Shown here: positions 1 through 12,997 of the stretch, one piece after another
How positions within the stretch are numbered: the stretch's first letter is position 1
Layout of the letters: every line of letters begins with the position of its first letter
Sequence record: PV946933.1
DNA from: a phage
Strand: one strand, 5' to 3'
Length of the DNA stretch: 64,000 nucleotides
Made by a program: the position numbers and the translations under genes
The notes under the pieces: model-generated
What the model saw: only the letters and a program-made list of their open reading frames with translations
What the model was told of the DNA's origin: nothing
Database searches by the model: none

Positions 1-717
1 GAGGAACAACTTCGCTATCGACAGATTCAAAAACACCTTCACCATCAGGCAAATCTCTTGTATTGGCGTGAAAATCTGTATAAGTAGTACGAATTAATCC
101 TTCTGCATCATCTACCGGAGGATACATCCATCCATTTACTTCAAATGTTAGTGACCATTCAATTCTACGACGAGATAAATTATCTCCATCTATAGATTCG
201 TCTATAGCAGCAGACATCAGTACAATTTTAATATCCCTTTTAAATGGAATATCATTTCCAAACTGTTCGTACATAGTTGTATTAAAATGAGGCTGAAAAT
301 ATGGAAGAATTTGTTCAACTATTTGAAACATATCATCCTCATAGCGAGTAAATATACTCAATTCATAAATCATTTTAATAGGAGATGGATTATACTGTGA
401 TACTACAGAAGTTGCGCCTTTTTGCAGTAAATTTTGATTCAAAATGTTTGTTTTAAATGGAGCATTATAGCTAAAATCAACTAAATGTAAATTTATACGA
501 GGTAGAATAGTTTCAACTTTAGCCACATCTTCCTGTGAATTTATCGATGTCCATTTATTTAATTTCATCATGAAGTGTTCCTTTGATGCATACGTAATAG
601 GAACACGTATAAACTTATCACCAGATTCTAACTGACGTTTGATTTGGATATTTGAAAACAAATCGCCCATCAAGGTAGCATATCGTCTAAAAGACGAATT
701 ATAAAAATAACCAAACA
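1..717 (-). CDS. 15: Tail sheath stabiliser/tail terminator gp15 (partial; C-terminus lies beyond window start)
   Basis: Minus-strand frame from ATG (plus 715-717) to window edge; N-terminus MFGYFYNSSFRRYATLMGDLF recognised as T4 gp15; synteny next to 14. Confidence 0.8.
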
Positions 718-759
718 TGATTTCTCCTAATCTGGGCTTTAATTAGTTTATAATATTTA

Positions 760-2461
<1,702 letters not shown>

Positions 2462-2474
2462 TTAAAAATCCTTT

Positions 2475-2490
2475 GGGGCCTTGCGGCCCC
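2475..2490 (-). terminator. GC-rich hairpin GGGGCC-TTGC-GGCCCC between wac and 13 (RNA stem-loop, partial terminator or stabiliser)
   Basis: Perfect 6-bp GC stem with 4-nt loop in the 32-nt wac-13 intergenic spacer; no clean U-run. Confidence 0.3.
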
Positions 2491-2493
2491 ATG

Positions 2494-3951
2494 TTATGCT
2501 GGTGATAAAAAGGTAGAAAGTAGTACCCATTCGCCGTCTTTACGAACGTAAGCTTGGCCATCTTTTGGAGCTTCAGGGATATAACCTGCTTCCTGTAAAG
2601 TCTGAACATCCCCCTGTAATGAAGATACATTACTTTTAATACTACGCATTTCTTGATTAATAGAAGAAATGTTAGTTTCATTAGCTTTTATTGAATTAGT
2701 TAATCCGCGCTCTTCTACCGTTGAACCATTTGGATTTGTGCCGCTTACTAGTTTATTTAGTGCAACAACTTGGCCTTTAATTCCAGTAGTGTTATTACCA
2801 ATTTCAACTTGTAAGTTTTGAACATCATTGTTCAGTCTATTAACTGAAGTTTCAACAGTTGAAACCCTATTTAAAAGAGACCCAGGAGGAGAAGGCTGAC
2901 CTCCACTAGAATCAGTTCCAACGATTTGGTTTAGCCATGAAACGTTTGCTCGTAGTCCAGATGAAGTGTTTTCACCAACAATTCCATTTAAAAACTCAAT
3001 TGATGTGGTATTATCTTTAATTCTACCTTTAATACTAGAAGGAATATCATCTGAGCCAATTGACGTTTCAATGACAGTCAATCGTTGTTTAATACCTCCG
3101 CTTTTATTTAGTTCATCATTTAAAGCTGAAACTTCTCGTGTATTAGTGTTAACATCTGTGATTATTGAAGTATTTCCTGGATATCCAATAGAAGTTTTGA
3201 TAGATTTAATTTCGGAACTAAGATTAATCTGCGATTGATCTAAATTATGAACACGTGAATATATGCTTTCACTGAATGAAGATGGTCTTTGTCCAAGTTC
3301 TTGTCTAAGATTTCCGACTTCAATTGTCAGTGAACCTACATCAGATTCAATAAATTTTTCTTCCAAATCACTTAGACGTATTCCTTGGGAAGTTATAGCA
3401 TCTGTATTATTAATGATGCGGTGCTTCATACCCGTGCTGCTATTTCCTACAACAGGAAGACCATTAATGTCTTGCCCAGCATATTGTCCTAATTCTCTTT
3501 TAATCCATAACAAATCATTTCTAATCGTTCTATAAACTGAATTTGCTTGCGAATTAAATGGACCAATATCAGAAAGAATATTATCAACCGTAGTATTTGT
3601 GCCATTTAATATATCAGTGTGTTCATTCGTGAGTGTCTTTAAATTTGATATATCATTTTTATTAATGCTGATCTGTGATAGCGCTTCTATATCTCCTGAT
3701 ACATCTAAAATGCCTTGAATGGTTTTAATATCTTCCTGAGATGTTTCAATGGCAGTTTTAAGAATTCCTACATTTTCGTCGAGAACCTCGACATTTTTAA
3801 ACACGGAAACAGTTGGTCTATTCATTGACCCATCGTTTCCATACTTAGTACTAGCTCCTAATATTTCTTCACCATTTTTAATCCATGAAATACGTTCCTG
3901 ACCTTCGCCAGGAACGCTATCAACAAAAGGTAACTCTTTTAATTCAATCAT
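2494..3951 (-). CDS. wac: Fibritin (whisker antigen control), trimeric coiled coil with C-terminal foldon
   Basis: ORF track 485 aa; C-terminus [27 protein letters not shown] is the T4 fibritin foldon; heptad-rich body. Confidence 0.9.
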   Translation of the reverse strand: MIELKELPFVDSVPGEGQERISWIKNGEEILGASTKYGNDGSMNRPTVSVFKNVEVLDENVGILKTAIETSQEDIKTIQGILDVSGDIEALSQISINKNDISNLKTLTNEHTDILNGTNTTVDNILSDIGPFNSQANSVYRTIRNDLLWIKRELGQYAGQDINGLPVVGNSSTGMKHRIINNTDAITSQGIRLSDLEEKFIESDVGSLTIEVGNLRQELGQRPSSFSESIYSRVHNLDQSQINLSSEIKSIKTSIGYPGNTSIITDVNTNTREVSALNDELNKSGGIKQRLTVIETSIGSDDIPSSIKGRIKDNTTSIEFLNGIVGENTSSGLRANVSWLNQIVGTDSSGGQPSPPGSLLNRVSTVETSVNRLNNDVQNLQVEIGNNTTGIKGQVVALNKLVSGTNPNGSTVEERGLTNSIKANETNISSINQEMRSIKSNVSSLQGDVQTLQEAGYIPEAPKDGQAYVRKDGEWVLLSTFLSPA

Positions 3952-3960
3952 TTGTAATCC

Positions 3961-5511
3961 TTAGTAATGAACTTTAATAATATAGTTTAATGATATATTC
4001 CATGGTCTAGTTTCATAACCAATTAATCCTTCACGATTAAGTGTACCATGAGCATCTCTCGGTCCACCTAATTCAAATCCATCATTAGTGAAGTATGAAG
4101 CATTATCCCAGTCGGAATATTTTCTAGTTCCAAGATATCCTTGATAAACTGACGCGCCAAATGGGCCTTCACTTCTGTTATATTCACCCCAACCACCAGC
4201 ATGTTTATGGTATGACATTTGTTGTGCCTGAACACCACCAACATGCATTCCGTCACATCCTACACCAAGTCTATCCTTCCCATAGCCATCTTGTCCTCGT
4301 TGATTTAAAATATGACCGCCCGTGCCAGCTCCTCTGACGAAAAGACCTCGCATATCAGGAATGCCAGGGTTATTCCAATCACCACCAAATCTTGTTCCAA
4401 CTGTGTTTCTATAATCAGGATATTGATCTCCTGACACGGTTCCGCCGTGGCACATAATCCAACCCGGAGGTGCTGAATCACCCGCAAACATCATAATAGT
4501 TCCAACTGGAACTCTTTCGGACGCATATCTTTCAGTGGCAACAGGTTGATCGCCATTTTTCCACATACCGCCGCGTGACCAAATTCCGTTTGCTGTAAGA
4601 TGGTCTAAATTTAAAGAACCATTAATAGTTTGTCCACCACGAGTATTAATTACATCTGCGTTCCATGCTAATGCTCCAGAGCTATCACCCTCGGGGGCAA
4701 TACCGGCTTGCGTCGTTAATTTTACCACCCCACGCATAGAACCAGTAGCTCCTCGACCATTTAGTGTTTCACCTGTTACTGCAACATCTCCTAAATTACT
4801 GTTAATTTCCGATTGTGTTCCTAAACGTATAACACCCTTATATTCTTGTGTTGCAACAGAATTCATAAAGGTATACGGAGAAATTGCATATCCTTCGCGG
4901 AGAGTTCCTTGACGAGTTTGCGCAACAGTAGATAATTGAACTACACCTCTCACAGATTCTGATGCAGTATCTTCGGAAGGAGCTATTTGTGAAATTAATT
5001 TTATTGCAAGTTTTTGCGTTTTTAATGGAGTCATTGCCGTAGTATCATCAACTCCAGCTAAAGCTGCAGGTGTTGATGATATTTTAATAACCCCGTTTGA
5101 TGACTCAGACGAATATCTATTTTGGAACACATCGTCAGTATGGTATTTCAGTTTTTGCGGCGTTATTGATGAATTATTATCTGAGCCTTCTAATGTTTCT
5201 TCATTTGTTGAATAGCGCGTTAAACCATACTTAGTTTCAGTAGCATTTGGATACAATAATCTTGTTGCTAATGTAGCTGGTGTAACGATTTTAGAATTAT
5301 TAGTTCCATCTAAAACCTCTTGCTCTGACGCAATCATTGCTATTCCTTTAACTTCCATAGTTGCATCAGGAATACCATTTACGCCGATATTACTTATTTT
5401 TGATAATGCAGACTGCACTGTCGTGACAGTGTCAGGAAAATTCGATCCTACTGGATCGAATTTAACATATTTTGATTCATTTGATACGTGCTGATATGTA
5501 TTGTTACTCAT
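3961..5511 (-). CDS. 12: Short tail fibre protein gp12
   Basis: ORF track 516 aa; position between wac and 11; size close to T4 gp12. Confidence 0.85.
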   Translation of the reverse strand: MSNNTYQHVSNESKYVKFDPVGSNFPDTVTTVQSALSKISNIGVNGIPDATMEVKGIAMIASEQEVLDGTNNSKIVTPATLATRLLYPNATETKYGLTRYSTNEETLEGSDNNSSITPQKLKYHTDDVFQNRYSSESSNGVIKISSTPAALAGVDDTTAMTPLKTQKLAIKLISQIAPSEDTASESVRGVVQLSTVAQTRQGTLREGYAISPYTFMNSVATQEYKGVIRLGTQSEINSNLGDVAVTGETLNGRGATGSMRGVVKLTTQAGIAPEGDSSGALAWNADVINTRGGQTINGSLNLDHLTANGIWSRGGMWKNGDQPVATERYASERVPVGTIMMFAGDSAPPGWIMCHGGTVSGDQYPDYRNTVGTRFGGDWNNPGIPDMRGLFVRGAGTGGHILNQRGQDGYGKDRLGVGCDGMHVGGVQAQQMSYHKHAGGWGEYNRSEGPFGASVYQGYLGTRKYSDWDNASYFTNDGFELGGPRDAHGTLNREGLIGYETRPWNISLNYIIKVHY

Positions 5512-6167
5512 GCTATTCTCTCAAAATAATAAAATACCGTAGGTTGTGTGTGACTATCTAGCGTGACAGTTTGCGCACCTAATAATTGCCAAGTTCCGTA
5601 TCCAGGTTTAGAAGGAGAAATTATTTCTTGTTTGAAAGTAATTCCTTTATCAGAGTATTGTTCTAAGATATGTTCTTGGTTATCTAAATACTTAACTTGT
5701 ATTTTATTTCCTATGGTAGGATGGTCTTCAAATGAATCAATTGCAATAAATTTTGCAACCATTTCCTGCAGAGCTGTTCTAACGGCACTGGTAAATTCTA
5801 TTGAAGTCATTCCATTAGTAGCTTTAACAGGAATGCCAAACATGTTAACAATAACTGGGTCACCTGGTTTGGCTGAAGTATCATTGACAGTTCCTTCAAA
5901 TGACCAATAGTCTGTTTGCTGCACGCCAGTAGGAGATACGCCACTTATATTAACTAATACAGCTCCAACCTGTTGCTCTGCCATATTTCTAACATCATTA
6001 ATAGCAGATTCTACATTTGGGTCATAAAACCCTTTTGCTATTTGTGAAATTGTTACAGCACCTACTGGCTGATTATTCATAACCGAAATATCATTTTTCT
6101 TAGTTCTAAAACCAAGAAAATCTGCTAAGCGGGAAATAACTCCCGCTTTATTATTAAGTAAACTCAT
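5508..6167 (-). CDS. 11: Baseplate wedge protein gp11 (short tail fibre attachment)
   Basis: ORF track frame; start refined to [20 protein letters not shown] (219 aa) with TAATG overlap to gene 10 stop. Confidence 0.85.
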   Translation of the reverse strand: MSLLNNKAGVISRLADFLGFRTKKNDISVMNNQPVGAVTISQIAKGFYDPNVESAINDVRNMAEQQVGAVLVNISGVSPTGVQQTDYWSFEGTVNDTSAKPGDPVIVNMFGIPVKATNGMTSIEFTSAVRTALQEMVAKFIAIDSFEDHPTIGNKIQVKYLDNQEHILEQYSDKGITFKQEIISPSKPGYGTWQLLGAQTVTLDSHTQPTVFYYFERIA

Positions 6168-7972
6168 TATGCAATCCTTATCCAACGGTATACAGTAATA
6201 GACGGTTGAATATTACTAATATTAGCAGGAGGAGTATGTGAAGAGTTTGTTGTTGCGTAGTCTTCACGATATTTTGTATATATAGGACCAGTTTCATCTG
6301 GGTCATATTGGCAACCTCCAATAATAACTGATCCGTTTTCGTCTTCAATTAAAACTCTTTCGTCGGTTTTAGTTGCAGGAAGATTTGCGTTTTCAAGTGT
6401 CACCGTTGTTGTTCCAACTGTTCCACCGGCAGTATGTGAAGGATTTCCGCTAGAATCTAAATCATTATTGTTTAAAGCAAAGTTTGGATCCGTAACATCA
6501 TCATTCCATCCTACTAAAACTTGTCCTTTACCAAATAATTTCCATGAACCAAATCCCATATAAGTCACCGGATTATTTGGATTTATAGCATTTTCATAAA
6601 TTGAACCAACAGGATAAATGCTATCGAAAATAGATGATATTGAATTATACGTTCTAGTATAAGAATCAACTTTTTCAACATTTGGCCAACCGATTTTATC
6701 AAAATCGGTTAAGGCTACATCACCAGTAACTTCGGTAGATGATCCTTTGCTAACATAACGGTCATCCGTTAATTCAATAATGTCATCTTTTTCTAAAAGA
6801 GTTCCTAAATCATTATTGAACCATGTTATAACGATAATGTCGCCGGATTCAAATTTTCTATCAAATAAAAGACTGATAGGTTTTCCGTCTTCATATTCTA
6901 TAGAATAATCCGTGTTTGATTCTTTCCATTCGCCACCAAGAGATATACATCCTTCTTGCGTATCTGAATTAGCGCCTTCACACAAAAACAGAGGATATCC
7001 AGCTGTTCCAGCCTGCTGCTGTAAAATTCCATTAAAACGAACCTCAAGAGAGTTAGGATTAATAGGTTCACCAGGAATTAATCCAAATGCAGAAAATGGA
7101 ATTGATTTCATCGCCGATAAATCAGTAACATAAATGCTTCCTTCTAAAGAAGTCTTTGATGTTAGTTTTGAATCTAGTACTTTTATTTGGCGTCTTGTAT
7201 ATGAACTTCTCCATTGTGATACACCATCCATAAATGTTTCAATTTGAACGGTGTCACCAATATTACATGGCTGTCTTAGCCTAATATTAAATCCATCAAG
7301 AGGAACTAATTCGCCTTCATTTTCGCCCGGAGAGCCAAAGTCACTGTTTTCGCTAAATACATCACCGTAATACAATTCGTTACCACGATGTTTTACTCTG
7401 ATGTTATTGACATTATAACTAGTTCCATTGAAAACATCTAAAAAGTCAGTTTGTCCTTGAACTTCAACTAAAAATTCTTTGCGAGCTACATTACTAATAT
7501 CTGAACTAACAATTTTGTCAATTTGTTTGTTTTTGACATATTCCCAACGTCCTGGAGCGCAATAAACGAGCTCTAAATCACTAAATTGAATATTAATTTC
7601 AACTGACGATGACGACCCTTTAATTGTATCTCCGGAAGCAGCTACTAAAGTAACTGGATTGATGTTCCATGTAGCGAATACGTCTCTAGCTCTAATTACC
7701 TTGTTGTAATCATTAACAGTTCCTTTAGGAAGTTGTAGAGTTACTCTTCCAGACGAAGTATTAATGGCATATGATTTTCCCCATTCTGCCGTTAGTGTTT
7801 GTCCAGATGAAGCATCATAAGTTTTCCAGGCACCGGCTGAATATGGAACATCTCCATCACCAAGTTCATAATAAAGTTCATCAAAGTTTTCATTTATTTT
7901 TATACCACCTTTACGCAGGTAGTCACCGGTACCATCATCAACAACATTACCGATATTAATATTTTGTTTCAT
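6167..7972 (-). CDS. 10: Baseplate wedge protein gp10
   Basis: ORF track 601 aa; synteny 9-10-11; size matches T4 gp10. Confidence 0.85.
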   Translation of the reverse strand: MKQNINIGNVVDDGTGDYLRKGGIKINENFDELYYELGDGDVPYSAGAWKTYDASSGQTLTAEWGKSYAINTSSGRVTLQLPKGTVNDYNKVIRARDVFATWNINPVTLVAASGDTIKGSSSSVEINIQFSDLELVYCAPGRWEYVKNKQIDKIVSSDISNVARKEFLVEVQGQTDFLDVFNGTSYNVNNIRVKHRGNELYYGDVFSENSDFGSPGENEGELVPLDGFNIRLRQPCNIGDTVQIETFMDGVSQWRSSYTRRQIKVLDSKLTSKTSLEGSIYVTDLSAMKSIPFSAFGLIPGEPINPNSLEVRFNGILQQQAGTAGYPLFLCEGANSDTQEGCISLGGEWKESNTDYSIEYEDGKPISLLFDRKFESGDIIVITWFNNDLGTLLEKDDIIELTDDRYVSKGSSTEVTGDVALTDFDKIGWPNVEKVDSYTRTYNSISSIFDSIYPVGSIYENAINPNNPVTYMGFGSWKLFGKGQVLVGWNDDVTDPNFALNNNDLDSSGNPSHTAGGTVGTTTVTLENANLPATKTDERVLIEDENGSVIIGGCQYDPDETGPIYTKYREDYATTNSSHTPPANISNIQPSITVYRWIRIA

Positions 7973-8838
7973 TATTGAGCCACCCCGATTTTCTGCGTAG
8001 CGATAACTTTAACTGCTGCTCTCATACCGACAGTTGAAGAACTTATAGTCGCCGTTACATAATTTTCTTTAATACTAAATGCAATATTAGCGATTTCGTC
8101 TTCTTCGGTTTCATTCCCAACCCGCATGACAGCATATTCAGAAGAAATGACCGTTGAATTAACAGTATCTACAAGAATATTTATTTCTGCCGTTTTAATT
8201 TTTCTTCCATCTACCGATTGACAAGTAACTAGCAATTTAGCCATATTGTATTCAGTACGATGAAATAATGGAATGTCAACTGATCCAGATGTAGAAATAT
8301 TCCATGTACCTTCGGCAGGTGATTCCTTTTGGCCAAACATACTTTCAATAGAATAATTCCAAACTGACGTAGAATTATCAGATGAAATACAGCGCAAAGT
8401 TACTTTACTATATGGGCTAGTTACTACCAAATTACCCGAAACACCTTTAATTGAATCAATGGCTTGAATTGTTAAAGGATTAGTAACTGATATCGATCCA
8501 TTAGAATTAATGAATTCAACACAGTCGCCGAGTTCTCCTCTTTCAATGATAACTTTAACACCAACAGCAGAGGTATCAATATCATGTCTAGTGCCAACTT
8601 TTACTGGAGTTGCGTACTCTGTGATAGAATGCTTTTGATAATATCCAGTAGCATGGATAATTTGGCCGTCAGCACCAGTACCATTTGCTACTGCCATTTT
8701 ACGTTGATCGCCAAACGCGTTATAAATTGCATTAAAATCACTATTAATTTTATTACCACCGTCGAATAAGATATCACCAGTAGAAGCGTTACCAATTTCG
8801 CCGGTATCAATCAATTTCTTTGGTTCTTGAATGAACAT
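7972..8838 (-). CDS. 9: Baseplate wedge protein gp9 (long tail fibre socket)
   Basis: ORF track 288 aa, same length as T4 gp9; synteny. Confidence 0.85.
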   Translation of the reverse strand: MFIQEPKKLIDTGEIGNASTGDILFDGGNKINSDFNAIYNAFGDQRKMAVANGTGADGQIIHATGYYQKHSITEYATPVKVGTRHDIDTSAVGVKVIIERGELGDCVEFINSNGSISVTNPLTIQAIDSIKGVSGNLVVTSPYSKVTLRCISSDNSTSVWNYSIESMFGQKESPAEGTWNISTSGSVDIPLFHRTEYNMAKLLVTCQSVDGRKIKTAEINILVDTVNSTVISSEYAVMRVGNETEEDEIANIAFSIKENYVTATISSSTVGMRAAVKVIATQKIGVAQ

Positions 8839-8862
8839 AGCGGTTTCCTTATGAGTTTATAG

Positions 8863-8870
8863 TATTTATA
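8863..8870 (-). promoter_or_regulatory. T4-type late promoter (TATAAATA on minus strand) upstream of gene 9
   Basis: Plus-strand TATTTATA = minus TATAAATA about 25 nt upstream of gene 9 start codon. Confidence 0.5.
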
Positions 8871-8878
8871 AAGAAAAA

Positions 8879-8896
8879 GGGAGCCCATGGGCTCCC
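8879..8896 (-). terminator. Perfect 18-nt palindrome GGGAGCCCATGGGCTCCC (hairpin) downstream of gene 8
   Basis: Palindrome seen in 8-9 intergenic spacer, immediately upstream (in transcription direction) of the gene 9 late promoter. Confidence 0.4.
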
Positions 8897-8901
8897 TTAA
8901 T

Positions 8902-9906
8902 TTAAAATGTAAACAGAATATTGATTTCTTCTGTTTGATCCATTGCCATAATAATAGGTGGCCTATTTTCCATATAAATCATTTCGCCCGAATGCCTCAT
9001 TAAATCTTCCGGATCATAGTAATCCTTTTCAGCTTTAACGTTTGGGTCATTTGGATGAACTTTAGCTTCAAGAGGATTCGTGATTATCGATATTTGTCTA
9101 AATCCTTTATTTCCTGGCAATGCAGCTTCAGGAAAATACACTGAATCTAAGTATGCTTTAAAACGAATAGTATTTGCCTTAACCCGGTAAATTAATCCAA
9201 AATCATCTTGCTGCCAGGTGAGGTTATCTTCATACCCCCATCTAGTTGGGTCTTCTTTTAATTCCTCAGGCCAAGGAACTACGATATATTCATTTGTGCA
9301 TCTGTTTATAGATACATCAGGCGGAATCTCAAAAAGATATTCCCATACATACCCGTCTCCAGGTTCGATTGTTCCTTCCGCGTCTCCTCGACCTTCAGGA
9401 GGAGTCATTGACCTAACAGAAGGAGTCCATTTTCCACCTAGCTTAAGGCATTCATCCTTATTAGTTAAAGACTCAATTGAGCACATTCCAGTATCAGGAA
9501 CATCTAAACAACGATATACTAACCAGCCTGCGCCTGATTCGGTAGCGTTGTAAGGAGCTGAGTTACACACTACAATATCGTTAATTCTAAATGTGTATGG
9601 ATCCGGATATCTAGTATCTCCCCAATCTCGACGAGGAATAACTGCATCAAGCATAGATGGAAGAACCTTCACGGTTCCCATCATATGAGTCCACATGTCA
9701 GTTACACCTAACACAGAATCGGTGGGATAAGGTGGGGCAAATCCCACCTCATTTTCGTTTGATGACCACGGTTCTGATCTTCCAAATGTAATAAAGATAG
9801 TGTTTTTATCCGGACCACTTCCAATTGAATTATAAAAATTCAACATTTTTTCTGTTCTAAATTTTGAAGTAACTATCGCACGATAGATAACACTTGAATC
9901 ATTCAT
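8902..9906 (-). CDS. 8: Baseplate wedge protein gp8
   Basis: ORF track 334 aa, same length as T4 gp8; synteny. Confidence 0.85.
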   Translation of the reverse strand: MNDSSVIYRAIVTSKFRTEKMLNFYNSIGSGPDKNTIFITFGRSEPWSSNENEVGFAPPYPTDSVLGVTDMWTHMMGTVKVLPSMLDAVIPRRDWGDTRYPDPYTFRINDIVVCNSAPYNATESGAGWLVYRCLDVPDTGMCSIESLTNKDECLKLGGKWTPSVRSMTPPEGRGDAEGTIEPGDGYVWEYLFEIPPDVSINRCTNEYIVVPWPEELKEDPTRWGYEDNLTWQQDDFGLIYRVKANTIRFKAYLDSVYFPEAALPGNKGFRQISIITNPLEAKVHPNDPNVKAEKDYYDPEDLMRHSGEMIYMENRPPIIMAMDQTEEINILFTF

Positions 9907-12900
9907 CTATTTTAACCTGTGTTGGATTTTCAGGGTCTCTTGGATTTCCTATATTATCTTTTAGACGTTTATTAACTAAATCCCTAAATTGCGCAAATGT
10001 TGTTCCAGATGCATCAAATAGAGGACTCATTAACTTGCGTCGTTCAGAAGGCAATCGACCTTGAAATATTGAATTATTATTTTCAGCATTATAGTCATCA
10101 GGAAGAGGATATTCTACACCAGCCATTGGGCCAGGTTCATAAATTGCTTCGCCTGTTACTGAGTCATGCTCAATTTCGCCGGTTGGAGTTAATTTAGCTA
10201 CTCTATCAGCATATTCAGTAGGCAATCCAGAATCCCATTTATAGTTTTTGTATTTATTAATTATAGTCTCTGTATGTTTAAGAGTTAAACCGACATTAAT
10301 AAACATTGTTAAAAGAGTAATTGCTATAAATCCAAATCCTACTGGATGAACAAAACGAATAACGTCAGATTTCCAGCGGGAAGAAGGTAAATTGGATTTA
10401 ATTTTCATTACATAATATGATCTACTTCTATTAATATAGTCTATATTATTTTGAAGCAAATCCTTTCCTTTAACCCCGCGAATAATTTCGCCTTCGAAAC
10501 TAGGGAGTCTTTCTGCTTTAACTTCTTGACCGGCAATTAATCTTCCCAAAAGATTATGAATAGTTACGGTCCATTGCAATTTACCATTAGAATAGCTTCT
10601 TTCTATATAAGTAACATTACATCTTCCTGTAGCTGTATAAATCGTTTGTCCTACTAAATCTTCAGTCAAAGAATCAGATTGAACGATTATATCATATTCA
10701 GTACCAGCCCCAGACTCAATTTCAATTTCAACCTCTTCATTATAAAGAACTTTAAAAAGAAATTTGTATGATGCTTCAATTCCTTTAGTAGAATAAAAAT
10801 CATAGCTACGTGATTCGAAAAATCTTGCAACAGCATCGCGTTTGTCAGCATTTAAATAAATGTTTCTTTTATATATCTCTGACCACAAATATTCCCATGC
10901 ATGCTCTTCTCGTGGATATTTGTTACGAATTAAATTTCGTAAATTGTTATACTGAGTTCCATATCCATCAGAAAGATACTGAATATATGCTTCGCAAAAT
11001 GCCTCAAAATTCGAATCCTGTAGCAAATAAGAATCAGGCATCATTGTGCCAATCAATGGTCTTAAATCAGGGTCAGCTAATCCATGCTCTTCTTCAGGCG
11101 ACCAAGGAGTTTCATGCTCTTGGTTTTGTAAAAATGCTTTTAAAAATATTTCAGTTGGCTTCCAAATTATTTCAACCGTGTCTCTAACACGATAGTTAAA
11201 ATCATAGTAAGAAATTATTTCACCAGAAGACTTATAAAAAAGCATCCCAGATGCGTATTTTTTAAATCCCGTGAATTTAACATTTGGCATTACTATAGTA
11301 CAATCGCCATCATCCCAGTATTCATGAACTAATCTATCTGGTGATGTTTCAGGAATATTTTCTATAACTTTAGTGTATTTTAAATCAGCATAAACTACTA
11401 CAGCTCTGTCAGAGTTGTTTATCCAACAACGTGTGTTAGATTTTTTAGACCAGTTAAAGAATGGTTCTGCATAGTATTTCATCGGCTGAGGAGTAAAAGT
11501 TTCCCAATCAGACTTTTCATCTGCTATAAATGCCATCATATGATAATGCTTATCAGCTAACCATTCACGAGGAAATTCATATTTAACAGCACCGATTAAC
11601 TGATATTTTACTGCAGTTTCAGGGTCATTAACAACATTATCACTTAAAAATTTAAAATTGCTCGATGATAGAGAAACTAATTTACCATCAGTTGACATAT
11701 TCGCATACCCTGGTTGAATACGTCTTCTTTCTTCTTCAGTGTTGCCAAAAACTCTTTTCCATGTTTTCGTGGCATGATTTAAAACATATATTCCTTTATC
11801 GGCAGAATCAATTATTTTTGATGTTCTAGGATTAGCATTTAATGTTTCAACTTCTCCGATAATAAGAGCAAAAACTTTATCACCAATAGAATCCATTTTA
11901 TAACATACTGCTTTAGGATTTCCGGTTATAGTCATCGTATCAGGTTCAAATAGCCGTTCCGAATATGTTGGAGATAATGGGTCAGAATCTATAGGTGCAT
12001 TACTCGTTTTTATGTATCTAACTTTGTCTCTGGCGACAACGTAAATGTAATCATCAGTGCAAGTAATAGCTTCTGCAATGCGATATACATTAGCTGGCAA
12101 AGTCGCGTAAGTGGCAAAAATTTCTACATCAAATCCTAGATGTAATTGGTCGCCAAGTTTAGCAAATGTTATATCCTGCGAACTAAATCTGACATCATCA
12201 GCTGACCATCTAACATCAGTAGATTTGCGGCCATAGAAAATCTTGTCGTATCCTAGAACGTATGTTGTGTTTGCAGATTGGTAATATACAGTCTTAGATA
12301 AAGGATATCCTACACGGTCATTGAAGAGCTTTACAGCTTTCCAGGTTTGTCCTTTATCATTAGATACTTTAACTACAGGTTGATAACGCTCAAAAAGATA
12401 TAGAATCCCTTCTGATTCCATCAAATAAACTCGGTTAATATCCTTACATACTTGCTGAATAGAACCTTGTATTTCATGATACTCATTTTCACCAATAATA
12501 AAATTACTTATTGATGAAACATCAACATATGATGGGCTGAATTGAAACGATTCATTCATCAATGCAGCCATTATAGTGTCATTGTTAAAATTGACATAGT
12601 CAGAATTATTAAGAGTAAATTTTTCCTGAATGAATTTATTAGCTAATTGCATTTCAATCATGTTTTGAAATGTATAAGCGTTTGTAGCAAAAGTTTCAAA
12701 CTCTTCAGTATAAATCCAATCAGACTGCTCAAAATCCTGCGCAGCTGTAGCTACTCTAATAATGTACGATGTCAATGGATTAGCATTATCAAAAAAGAAG
12801 CTGTTATTTGCAGTATATCCTAAGTTAATCCATCTGTATTGATTACTCGGGAGATTTTCCCCCGAGTTTGTTTTTGTCTCAGCGATTTCTACAAAATAGT

Positions 12901-12997
12901 AGAAATTAGCACCAACGTCATCCCAGCGTACTTGCACCTGATTTGCGGATAACTTGGAAATTCTGAGACTAGTGACTGAAGGTGCTTTTACTGTCAT
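9899..12997 (-). CDS. 7: Baseplate wedge protein gp7
   Basis: ORF track 1032 aa, same length as T4 gp7; synteny. Confidence 0.9.
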   Translation of the reverse strand: MTVKAPSVTSLRISKLSANQVQVRWDDVGANFYYFVEIAETKTNSGENLPSNQYRWINLGYTANNSFFFDNANPLTSYIIRVATAAQDFEQSDWIYTEEFETFATNAYTFQNMIEMQLANKFIQEKFTLNNSDYVNFNNDTIMAALMNESFQFSPSYVDVSSISNFIIGENEYHEIQGSIQQVCKDINRVYLMESEGILYLFERYQPVVKVSNDKGQTWKAVKLFNDRVGYPLSKTVYYQSANTTYVLGYDKIFYGRKSTDVRWSADDVRFSSQDITFAKLGDQLHLGFDVEIFATYATLPANVYRIAEAITCTDDYIYVVARDKVRYIKTSNAPIDSDPLSPTYSERLFEPDTMTITGNPKAVCYKMDSIGDKVFALIIGEVETLNANPRTSKIIDSADKGIYVLNHATKTWKRVFGNTEEERRRIQPGYANMSTDGKLVSLSSSNFKFLSDNVVNDPETAVKYQLIGAVKYEFPREWLADKHYHMMAFIADEKSDWETFTPQPMKYYAEPFFNWSKKSNTRCWINNSDRAVVVYADLKYTKVIENIPETSPDRLVHEYWDDGDCTIVMPNVKFTGFKKYASGMLFYKSSGEIISYYDFNYRVRDTVEIIWKPTEIFLKAFLQNQEHETPWSPEEEHGLADPDLRPLIGTMMPDSYLLQDSNFEAFCEAYIQYLSDGYGTQYNNLRNLIRNKYPREEHAWEYLWSEIYKRNIYLNADKRDAVARFFESRSYDFYSTKGIEASYKFLFKVLYNEEVEIEIESGAGTEYDIIVQSDSLTEDLVGQTIYTATGRCNVTYIERSYSNGKLQWTVTIHNLLGRLIAGQEVKAERLPSFEGEIIRGVKGKDLLQNNIDYINRSRSYYVMKIKSNLPSSRWKSDVIRFVHPVGFGFIAITLLTMFINVGLTLKHTETIINKYKNYKWDSGLPTEYADRVAKLTPTGEIEHDSVTGEAIYEPGPMAGVEYPLPDDYNAENNNSIFQGRLPSERRKLMSPLFDASGTTFAQFRDLVNKRLKDNIGNPRDPENPTQVKIDE

